Source: Octopus sinensis | Lineage: Eukaryota | Direction of reading: 5' to 3' | NCBI RefSeq assembly: GCF_006345805.1 | Contig: NC_043014.1 | Coordinates: 12,338,001 to 12,402,000 of the forward strand | DNA length: 64,000 nucleotides | Shown here: positions 10,201-22,000 of the stretch, piece by piece | How positions within the stretch are numbered: the stretch's first letter is position 1 | Layout of the letters: each line of letters starts with the position of its first letter | Notes under the pieces: generated by a model | The model's input: the letters and a program-made list of their open reading frames with translations, nothing else | What the model was told of the DNA's origin: nothing | Database searches by the model: none | Position numbers and translations under genes: made by a program

Positions 10201-13200
10201 CTCTTGTGATTTCTCAGACAATTTCTCTTCTAGTTCTTTCACCATTTCACTTTCTTCAATCTTTCTTTCTTTAAGTTCAGACAATTCTCTGGAATGTGCT
10301 GAACATTCTTGCGATTTTTCAGACAATTTCTCTTCTAGTTCCTTTACTGTTACACTCTCCTCCATTTTCCCTTCCTTAAGTTCAGACAATACTTTGGTCA
10401 GCGCTAAACATTCTTGCGATTTGTCAGACAATTTCTCTTCTAATTTTTTCACCATTTCACTTTCTTCAATCTTTCTTTCTTTAAGTTCAGACAATTCTCT
10501 GGAATGTGCTAAGCACTCTTGTGATTTCTCAGACAATTTCTCTTCTAGTTCTTTCACCATTTCACTTTCTTCAATCTTTCTTTCTTTAAGTTCAGACAAT
10601 TCTCTGGAATGTGCTAAGCACTCTTGTGATTTTTCAGACAATTTCTCTTCTAGTTCCTTTACTGTTACACTCTCCTCCATTTTTCCATCCTTAAGTTCAG
10701 ACAGTACTTTGGTCAGCGTTAAACATTCTTGCGATTTGTCAGACAATTTCTCTTCTAGTTCTTTCACCATTTCACTTTCTTCAATCTTTCTTTCTTTAAG
10801 TTCAGACAATTCTCTGGAATGTGCTAAGCACTCTTGTGATTTTTCAGACAATTTCTCTTCTAGTTCCTTTACTGTTACACTCTCCTCTATTTTCCCATCC
10901 TTAAGTTCAGACAATACTTTGGTCAGCGCTAAACATTCTTGCGATTTGTCAGACAATTTCTCTTCTAGTTCTTTCACCATTTCACTTTCTTCAATCTTTC
11001 TTTCTTTAAGTTCAGACAATTCTCTGGAATGTGTTAAGCACTCTTGTGATTTCTCAGACAATTCTCTTCTAGTTCTTTACTGTTCACTCTTCTTCATCTT
11101 TCCTTTCTTAAGTTCAGACAATACTCTGGAAGTGCTAAGCATCTTGTGATTTTTGCACACTACATTTCACCATTTTCTCTTCTAGTTCTTACTGTTACAC
11201 TCTCCTTATTTTCATCCTTAAGTTCAGACAATACTTTGGTCATGTGCTAAACACTCTTGCGATTTCTCAGACAATTTCTCTTCTAGTTCTTTCACCATTT
11301 CACTTTCTTCAATCTTTCTTTCTTTAAGTTCAGACAATTCTCTGGAATGTGCTGAACATTCTGCGATTTTTCAGACAATTTCTCTTCTAGTTCCTTTACT
11401 GTTACACTCTCCTCCATTTTCCCATCCTTAAGTTCAGACAATACTTTGGTCAGCGCTAAACATTCTTGCGATTTGTCAGACAATTTCTCTTCTAGTTCTT
11501 TCACCATTTCACTTTCTTCAATCTTTCTTTCTTTAAGTTCAGACAATTCCCTGGAATGTGCTAAACATTCTTCTGACTTTTCAGACAACTTCTCTTCTAG
11601 TTCCTTTACTGTTACACTCTCCACCATTTTCTCTTCCTTAAGTTCAGACAATACTTTCATAAGCGCTAAACATTCTTGTGATTTGTCATTGAATTTTTCT
11701 TCTAGTTCTTTCACTATTTTACTCTCCTCCATCTTTCTTTCTTTAAGTTGAGATAATTCTTGAGAAAGAGCTAAGCACTCTTGTGATTTCTCTTCTAGTT
11801 CTTTCACCATTTCACTTTCCTCCATCTTTCTTTCTTTAAGTTGAGATAATTCTTGAGAAAGAGCTAAGCACTCTTGTGATTTCTCTTCTAGTTCTTTCAC
11901 CATTTCACTTCCTCCATCTTTCTTTCTTTAAGTTGAGATAATTCTTGAGAAAGAGCTAAGCACTCTTGTGATTTCTCTTCTAGTTCTTTCACCATTTCAC
12001 TTTCCTCAATCTTTCTTTCTTTAAGTTCAGACAATTCTTGAGAAAGAGCAGAGCATTCTTCTGACTTTTCAGACAATTTCTTTTCTAGCTCTTTCACTAT
12101 TTCACTCAACTCTCTTTTTCCATCCTTAAGTTCAGACAATTCTTTGGAAAGAACTGAACATTCTTCTGACTTGTCCGACAATTTCACTTCTGGTTCCTTT
12201 ACTGTTACACTCTCCTCCATTTTCCCTTCCTTAAGTTCAGACAATACTTTGGTAAGCGCTAAACATTCTTGTGATTTCTCAGACAATTTCTCTTCTAGTT
12301 CTTTCACCATTTCACTTTCCTCAATCTTTCTTTCTTTAAGTTCAGACAATTCCCTGGAATGTGCTGAACATTCTTGCGATTTTTCAGACAATTTCACTTC
12401 TAGTTCCTTTACTGTTACACTCTCCTCCATTTTTCCATCCTTAAGTTCAGACAATTCTTTGAAAAGAGCTGAACATTCTTCTGACTTTTCAGACAATTTC
12501 TCTTCTAGTTCCTTCACTGTTATACTCTCCTCCATATTTTTTTGTTTAAGCTCCGACAATACTTTGCTAAGCGCTAAACATTCTTGTGATTTCTCAGACA
12601 ATTCCTCTTCCAGTTCTTTTACTGTCTTGTTCAGCTCTATATTTCTACCTTCAAGCTCAGAGAATTCTCTGGAATGCACTAAACATTCTTGTGATTTAGC
12701 AGATAACTTTTCTTCAATTTCTTTTAATCTTCATCCATCTCACTTTCTTTAATTTCAGGAAGCTCTGTTACTCTTTCATTATCATCCATCTTTCTTTCTT
12801 TCAGTAAAGACAATTCTTTGGAGAGAAATAAGCACTCTTGTGATTTGGCAGAAAGGTTCTCTTCAAGTTCCTTTATCATTTCACTATCCTGTGCCCTAAG
12901 ATCAAGTTCTGCAGCTAAATTATGGCATTCATCAACCTTGGATTGCAGTTCTTTTTGACAAACATTCAATTTACTGTCAAGACTGATAAAACCAGCATTC
13001 TCAGCAGTAAGTCTCTCTAATGAGTCTTTCAAATTAGAATTATCTCTCTTCAGTTCATTAATGTAAGTCAGTTTTGATTTTAATTCTTTTCTGAGTTCTA
13101 TAATGTCATCTTCATTGATGTCAAAAGAATTTGGTTGTATATTATCAATATATCCTGAATGAGATAAATTTAGCTCTAGTCCATCACAAATTTCTTGTTT

Positions 13201-16004
13201 GGCAGATTGAAGATTTACATCAGCAGAAAACAGCTGTTCTTCTTGCTCTGCATCTAATATATTAAAATCTCTTATTTCTTTCTCCAAAGCGGCAAAATTT
13301 TGGATCTTAGATTCCGACGATTCAAATAGTAATTTATGTTTCTCTTTCAGATCATTCAACTCTTTCGTTTTATGAGAAAGTTCACTTTTCAACAAGATAA
13401 TATCTGCCTTCTCTTTACTCTCACCCTCTGATCTTCCAATTTCTTCAACAAGTACATCATATTCTAGAGCTTTGGATTCTAATCTTTGTAAAGAACATTG
13501 CAAGGCTTCTATTTCCTTATCTTTTTGTGTTTTATAATCAGAGAATTTTGACTTCATTTCGCTTAATTGTTCAACCAAATCTTCACATTGTTGTCTTTTA
13601 GCCTCTAATTCTGCTTTGTTTGAAAGCAACTCTCCTTTCAGGTAGTCATATTCTTGTTTGTCAAGTGTACAGTCTCTTGCCAATGAATTTAACTGATGCA
13701 AATTATTCTGTATCTGTAGATTCTCATCTTCAACAAGCTCTCCACTTCCATGTTTGAGCCTTTCTAGCTCAGAATCAGATTCATTGGAATTCTGTTGACT
13801 AACAATAATAGGGTTGGACCTCACTTCACTTACACTTTCAAAGGATTCTAATTTAATTTTGAGTGATGAACATTCTTTAGTTTTAATTTCAACTTCTTTT
13901 TTCAGAGAATTAATTTCATCCTTCAAAGAATGACATTCTTGAATTTTCTTATCTAGACTTGTTTGGCATTCAAGAAGCTGACTTTTGGATGCTAAGTCAG
14001 AAATATCACTTGAGTCATAATCTTCAAGAGACGTAATTAGGACATCAGAATCATCCTTATCATTATCTTTCAAGTTAACTTGATGAACAATTGAAACGGA
14101 TTTCCATTGACTCCTATCAGCAGAGTTTAAGCTCATAGATTTTCTGATGCTGGTATCTAACTGTTCGATTTGTGAAAGATCTACATCTTTTTGAGCTAGT
14201 AAGTGTTCTCTGGTTTCTTTCAAAGATTTTTTCATTTCTAAAACAACAAGATGAGCAATCTCCACATTTTCTTGCAATTTTGTACATTCTTCACCTTTTA
14301 TTGCAAGTTCAAGTGCAATTTTCTCCTTTTCTCTAATTGTTGCTGCTAATTGTTCTTGAAGTTCAGAAAGAACATCATTGTTATCTTCTGGTGTTTTACT
14401 TTCTTCAGAAGTACTTAATTCAGGAATTTTATCATCTAATTGCACTTGCTGATCCACTGATGCTCTTGATAAATATGTTAGTTCTTCTGCTTTGAGTTTT
14501 AGTTTGTAGTTCAATTTTTCATTATCTTGCATAACTTTATTAAGTTGTGTCTTCAAGTCGATGTATTCTTTATGCTCAAAAACAGGCGTTTTGTCCTGAA
14601 CAAGTTGATTAAGTTTGTCATTTTCTGCAATCAATTTATTAAGTTCTAGTTTTTGTTCATTATTTTCCGATGATAAGAAAGTTATTTCTTCAGATTTAGA
14701 TAAGATTTGCTCTTTTGCCAATTGAAGATCATGAGACAGTTTCTGAACCTGGCTTTCCAAAATTTGGACTTGGGACTCCAAATTAAATATTTGATCATTA
14801 AGCAGGTTATAGTCTGCTATACGTGCAGATCGTGAAGCTGAACGACTAGTGATGTTGCTTAGATTCAGTAACGGCCTATCTCCAGAATTACTACAACAGC
14901 TAGTATCTAACAAACTAGATCTTTGTGCATGCTGAAGCTCTTCTTCAAGGCTCTTCACACGTTCTTGACTATTTTGCAGTTTAGACAGCAAGTACATATT
15001 TTCAATTTCTGTACTTTGCACTTTTTGCATCAGATCTGTTTTTGAGTCAATGAAAGCTTTCACTTCTCTGTCATGATTCGTTTTTTCTTCTTTCAGCCTT
15101 TGTCTCTCCTTTTCAATCTTTTCCTCTTCCACCTGTAAGAACAAAGAAATACTTCTGTAGTGATGCTATTTTGGAAGTTTTCAGCACGCATGCACAGAGT
15201 TGGATTACTTCCGGTAGGCCGCCGGAAGTTCCCTCATGCGCAGAGAACTGCGAACAGAAAGTTTTCCCGCTAGATCAGTCTTTTTGAAGCTGCAGCCCTA
15301 TCAAGTGGACACAACTAAACCTTCTCTCAAGGAAAACCTAACACGTAGAAAAGCCCCCTTCTACGAGGGAACGAAGACAGCATTTTGGCTCACACAAGTT
15401 AACTGTTGTGAATAGTTTTATGGACTTGGCTACCGGTTCGCCCCGAAGAAAATATATGTGCATATATTTTATTTGCGAATCCAGACAAAAATAAAGTATT
15501 ATTTATTGCTGTTGAAGATAGTCGAAGCTTTGGTTTTCCTTTCAACACAATTGAATGTAACAGGATTAGACCGACACTCCTCAAGTGTTCCTGAGACCTT
15601 CATCCTGTTACACTTTCAATAGGATTCGTGTCACAGATAATTTTCCTATAATTACATTGTATTCTGCGATGAAAGGTTTGACTATTTCTGTACATTCACT
15701 CACACTTCATAACATAATTAGCAAAGAAAATAATCTTAATTCTCAACAGCCCCATTCATCTAATAATAAACAGGCATCATGTAAGCAATTGGGGGAAGTG
15801 GAAGTGTGTGGGAAAATATATACTTTCTTACTCTTTTACTTGTTTCAGTCATTTTGATTGATTGTGGCCATGCTGCAGTGCTGCCTGGACTTATTCTTTG
15901 TAAGCCTGGTACTTATTCTATTGGTCTCCTTTGCTGAACTGCTAAGTTACGGGGATGTAAACACACCAAGATGGTAGTAATGTGATGGTGGAAGGACAAA
16001 CACA

Positions 16005-16042
<38 letters not shown>

Positions 16043-19000
16043 AATAAATAACAGGCTTCTTTCAGTTTCCGTCTAGCAAATCCACCCACAATGCAGGGGA
16101 AGATGTAGATGAAGAGTTACAAGTGGTTCAAGGAGTTCAGAGGGCGACAAATGGAGCAGATGAATATGAAGGAGTAAGGGAAACTGAGCTTGCATAATTT
16201 CTGAAACCCTAGTGGAAGATGAGAGGAGTCTGAACAAATGCAGACACAACCTTTCAGAATAGAGTTTGAGCAAAGAATGTAGCCTCAATGGTGCAGATGG
16301 ATTATGGATACAGGCTGAGAAATCTGTGGCTTGGAGAGGAATAGGACATAGAGTTTGTGTGAGCGTGAGGTGATGTGTGGTATTTAGGTTGCAACAAAGT
16401 CCATGGACATCAAAGAAGTAGGAAAATTGTTCACAAGATTCAGTGTTGGTTTCTGACATCTTGGGGAAAATGCCAAGGATGAAAGTTTCTCAAAAAATCA
16501 TGAGAATGCTCAGCCAAAAGAATGCTTGCGACAGAGTGGATTCTGACAAAGGTGCCCATGGGTCAAAGTGGTAGTGCTAAAAAGAGTGATATAATGGAAT
16601 CTATTGTTCAGAAAAGGAAGAGAAAAAAAGGGAGAGAAAGAGATCCTGTTGGCAATTAGTGGCTGATGCTAACTGAAAGTGATCTACAGAATCTGTTTAT
16701 AGATTCAGTTGAAGAAGTTCAAAAGAGAAAAAAACATTTTGATATTTCGTTGCACCTCTCAAATCCACGCAGAAAAGATATTTCATCTTTAACCCTTTAG
16801 TATTTAAACCGGCCATATCCGGCCAAAATATTCTATGTATTTTATGTTCAAACTAGTCAGATATGGTCATTCATAGCTACCTTATTGTGTCATTTTAAAA
16901 ATAAACAATCACATCATTGAAATCTCGAAGCCATGAAATGATGCAAGATTAATTTTACATGGTGTGAATACATAAGCTTTACATTTGACAGAATAATCTG
17001 AATGCTAAAGGGTTAACAATTAGGTTTATAATATTCAAAATTGCCATCTTATAAGCCTAGTTAAGTTGGTGTACAGCACCAAGATGTGGTGCAGAGCTTT
17101 CTAATAGGAATATCTAAAATAGGCATAGGCATGGATATGTGGTAAGAAGCCCGTTTCCCAGCCACATGGTTCTGGGTTCAATCCCAGTGTGTGGCCCCTT
17201 GGGCAAGTGTCTTCTGCTATAGTCTCGAGTTGACTAAAGCCTTGTGAGTAGATTTGGGAAATGGAAACTGAAAGAAGCCTGTTGTATATATGTGTGTGTG
17301 TGTGTGTGTGTTTGTCCCCCCCCCCCCATCACTGCTTGACAACCAGTGTTGGTGTGTTTAAAACAGACTGATAGAATAAGTACAGTAATTAAAAATAAGT
17401 CCTGGGGTCGATTTTTTTGGTTAAAACTCTCCAAGGGTGTGCTCCAGCATGGTCACAGTCAAATGGCTGAAACAAGTAAAAGAATTAAAGAATAAGAATA
17501 AAATAGAGACGAATAAGTGGAGGCAAGTGGCTTAGTGGTTAGGGTGTTGAACTCATGGTCATAAGATTTTGGTTTCAATTCTGGGACCAGGCGGTGTGTT
17601 GTGTTCTTGAGCAAAACACATCACTTCATGTTACTCCAGTCCACTCAGCTGGCAAAAGCATGTCATCTTGTAAAGGACTAGTGCCGCATCCAGGAAGGAA
17701 TATACACATCACAGTAACTGGGAAACTAGCCTTATGAATCTATATGACTCAGGAAGGAACTTTAAACCCCACAACCCAACCCTTTTTTTTCTCTTCTCTG
17801 TCTCTCGCTGGGTAACCAGGTAGCTCCTCTATAGCAAGACACCTGTATCTATCTCTCAGTCACACTAACCTTTTATCCTCTGACACAAGTCCCCTCTTTA
17901 AATGCCCCTACCCTCCCCAAAATTCCTTGTCTTGCAAGTTACTTGGTGACCCTGCCAGTGCTGGTGCCATGTTAGAAGCATCCAGTCCACTCTGTAAAGT
18001 GATTAGCATTTAGAAGGGCATCCAGTCGTAAAAACTCTGTCAAAACAGACACAGTATCCTGAGGTAGTCTTCTACCTGGCTGGCCCCTGTCAACCGTCCT
18101 ACTTATACATGTGTAAGAGTTAGCACTTCCTTCTCTAAGCCTAGATTCGAAATCAAATCCAAGAATCATCGGTCGTCAAAAACCAATGCATGTATAGGCG
18201 CGAAATTTAAAGATCCTTTGTTCTGTCAAAAACTGATTGATCATCTCCCTTTGACCTGCGACCTCAGCCATGTCAGGCGAAGTTCAACTGTACAAGCGCT
18301 GACCTACTTAAGTGGTGGCTCTGTTGCAGTATGTCTATCTTTCTAGCTGTTTGAAATATTATAAATACAAGGGAAAAACAGAGAAAGAAACACAATCGGA
18401 GCTGACACACCAGCAGACACCCCACGTTTTGGAGACGACAGAGAAAATGCCTACAGGCTACTGTTTCGAATGATTCACGCACACACCCACACACACAAAC
18501 ATATTCATCTTTATTATGTGCTCTATGCAAGCAATGTGTAGCATTTGCTTACAATTGTATGTAGTGTATTTATAATCCATGTAAATAAATCCCTTTTTAA
18601 TCATGAAACAATTTATGTATTTATTAATACACACACACATCCACTACATTTGGTGACCCCGTCAAACAAATTGCGCCTTCCCCGGAACCAGCTTCATCAA
18701 CCACGTTGAAGAATTACAGCTTGCACATCACCCGGCAATGAAACACCTGAGAATTCCGACGAACACAATGGACCTCCCGGAACAGAATCCAGCGGCCAAC
18801 ATCATACCTCAGATCGACATGGCATTCCAAGCGGCAATTTCTTTGAAAATTCCACCATTCTGGACCCACGACCCTGCATTATGGTTTTACCATATAGAGG
18901 CACAGTTTTCCTCTCACAGAATACTGAGCAATGCGTCTCGACTTTCGCATGTTATCGGTTCTCTGTCGCCAGAAATAACAAACGTTGTCCGTGATCTTAT

Positions 19001-22000
19001 CATGGCACCACCCGGTTCTGTGTCGTACGACACTTTTAAAACCACGCTGATAAACAGAACCTCCGAATCGCAACAGAAACGACTTCACCAGCTTCTGATA
19101 TCGGAAGAATTGGGTGACAAAACGCCGTCCCAGCTTCTTTGTAGAATGAAGCAGCTTCTCGGAGATGAGAGCCTCCCAGAAAAAATTTTCAAGCAGCTTT
19201 TTCTCCAGCGTCTGCCCTCCAATACCCAGGTTGTTCTCGCTTCTACTAGAGAAAATACATCCATTGAAGAACTGGCGGATCTAGCTGACAAAATAGCCGA
19301 AGTACCGCACAAATATCCAACGGTATCGACGGTGACGCCAGCCGTTCCCAGTACCAATCCTTTCCGTGCACAAACCAGTTCTTCCGATTTTTCGGACTTG
19401 CGTGCATTAATGACACAGCAAGCTGCTCAAATACAGATCCTCACAACCCAAATACAGGCCCTAAAGCTTAGTCCCCAGCGTCGAAGCACCAGCCAATCGC
19501 GACGAGAGGCAGACGGTCCCGAAGCCCCAGTGCTACCCGCAATTCACATGACACGTGTTGGTACCACCGGACATTCGGAACACGGGCACAAAAATGTACG
19601 GTACCGTGCTCGTTTTCCTCACCCAGTTCGGGAAACGGCACAGCCAGGAATTGAACGCGACGGAAGTTCCTGGTTTGCACCCACACAGTCGCCTGTTTTT
19701 CGTTTGCGATCGGGTAACAGGCACGCTTTTCCTGGTTGACACCGTGCGGAAGTCAGCATCATCCCTGTCTCCAACACTTCTGGAAAAAGAAAAGAGACAT
19801 CAGTCTGTCTTCAGGCAGTCAACCATTCACCCATTCCAACCTACGGTGAACAGTCCCTAACATTGAACTTAGGACTACGCCGCACATTTCAGTGGGTATT
19901 TGGCGTCGCTAAACTGCCGACCCCTATCTTAGGAGCCGATTTCCTGCATCATTTCGGTCTCCTGGTAGACATAAAGAACAGACAACTTGTTGACAGCACC
20001 ACCAGGCTTACTGTGCGTGGTATAGCCGCTCGTATGGCCACAGTATTGCTTACAACAACGACTCGTCACAGTTCCATCCTGAAGGAATATCCGGACGTCG
20101 CTCGACCAGTATTCCACAACCAGCCGATCAAACACGACGTTACCCACCACATCAAAACCAGCGGTCCACCTGTTGCTGCAAGGCCCAGAAGGTTACCATC
20201 TGATCGTCTCCAGGCCGTCAAGCGGGAATTCCAGCACATGCTTGACCTCGGAATCATCCGCCCTTCCAGCAGCAACTGGTCCTCGCCGATACACTGCGTC
20301 CCAAAAAAATCATCGACCGATTGGCGGGTTTGCGGCGATTATCGATCGCTGAATAAAAGCACTATCAGTGATGCCTATCCGGTGCTTTTCTTCAAGACTT
20401 TTCGAGCTCGCTGCATGGAGCTCAAATCTTTTCCAAAATCGACCTTTGTGCGAGCATACAACCAAATCCCAGTGGAACCTGTGGACATCTCGAAGACAGC
20501 AGTTACTACGCCTTTCGGAATGTTTGAATTCCTGCGTATGCCTTTCGGTTTACGCAATGCAGCACAGACATTCCAAAGGTTTATCGACATAGTGACTAGA
20601 GGTTTGCCTTCGTCTATACCTACATAGACGACATACTCGTGGCCAGTAACTCGGACGAAGAACGTAACCAACACCATCACCTACTATTCAAACGCCTCCG
20701 TCAATTTGGTGTTGTTATCAACCCTACTAAATGTTTGTTCGGAGTTGCTTCCCTTCATTTTCTTGGGCACATCATCGATAAGAATGGAATTTGTCCCCTT
20801 CCCGAGAAAGTCATGGCCATCGTGGATTTTCCACCACCCACATCTCTCCGCAAATTAAGGGAATATCTCGGTCTAGCGAATTTCTATCGATGGTTCATAC
20901 CCCACCTCGCTGAGATAGCGCAACCGCTCATGGATTTGCTACATCAGCGAACTTGCAAAATTGCAGATATAGCTCTGACCGAAGATCAACTCGCTTCTTT
21001 TGCTGCCCTGAAAAAAGCGTTATCTAACGCTACCATGTTGGTTTATCCAAAACCAGACGCCCCACGATGTTTACTCGTTGATGCATCCGATTCCGGAGTT
21101 AGAGGTGTACTACAGCAGCTTGTTGACGGTATATGGCAACCGTTGTCTTTCTTTTCTAAGCGGTTAAAACCCGCGGAAACCAAATACAGCACATTCAGTC
21201 GGAAATTATTAGCGGCATACCTAGCCGTTAAGCATTTCCGTCACATGCTAGAAGGTACCAATTTTGCCATATACACCGACCACAAGCCATTAGTATATGC
21301 ATTTAACACCAAGCCGGATCGCCACTCGCTGAGAGAAATCCGCCACCTCGACTTCATATCGCAGTACACAACGGATATACGCCACATCAAAGGGACGACC
21401 AACTTAGCAGCCGATGCACTTTCACACGCGCAGATCAATGCTATCCACACCACGTCTACAATTGATCTGGCACGTATAGCAGCTGACCAGGAGAATGACG
21501 AAAAACTTCTAAAGCTCCAGAATTCGTCATCTCTGAAATTTCAGCATGTTCCGCTACCATCATCCACAGCCCATATTTGGTGTGATATCTCCACTGGTTA
21601 CCAACGCCCTTATGTACCACAGAAACATCATCGAGAAGTTTTCTCCACTCTGCATTCTCTGTCACATCCTGGTATTCGCTCCACTCAAAAGCTGATATCG
21701 ACCCGTTTTGTGTGGACCAGTATCAACAAGGATATCAGAGAATGGACCAAGTGCTGTGTTGCGTGCCAAAAAGCGAAAATCCACCGGCACATAAAATCAT
21801 CAATCGGTTCATTTTCGCAAACCGACGCACGATTTCAGCACGTTCACATTGATATCGTCGGACCCCTGCCACCTTCGCAGAACTATTCGTATTTGCTTAC
21901 CTGCGTAGATCATTTTTCGCGATGGCCCGAAGCCTGGCCCTTATCTGATATATCAGCAGAAACGGTCGCCAAAACGCTGATATCACAATGGGTTTCGCGT

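Noticed and set aside
10394-12752. Plus-strand Ser-rich ORFs (10394-11149, 11446-11751, 12144-12752)
   Set aside because: They are antisense shadows of the E/K-rich coding repeat.
16660-16800. Plus-strand open stretch [20 protein letters not shown] suggesting a nested gene
   Set aside because: It is short, lacks clear splice sites, runs into a MITE, and the similarity is too vague.
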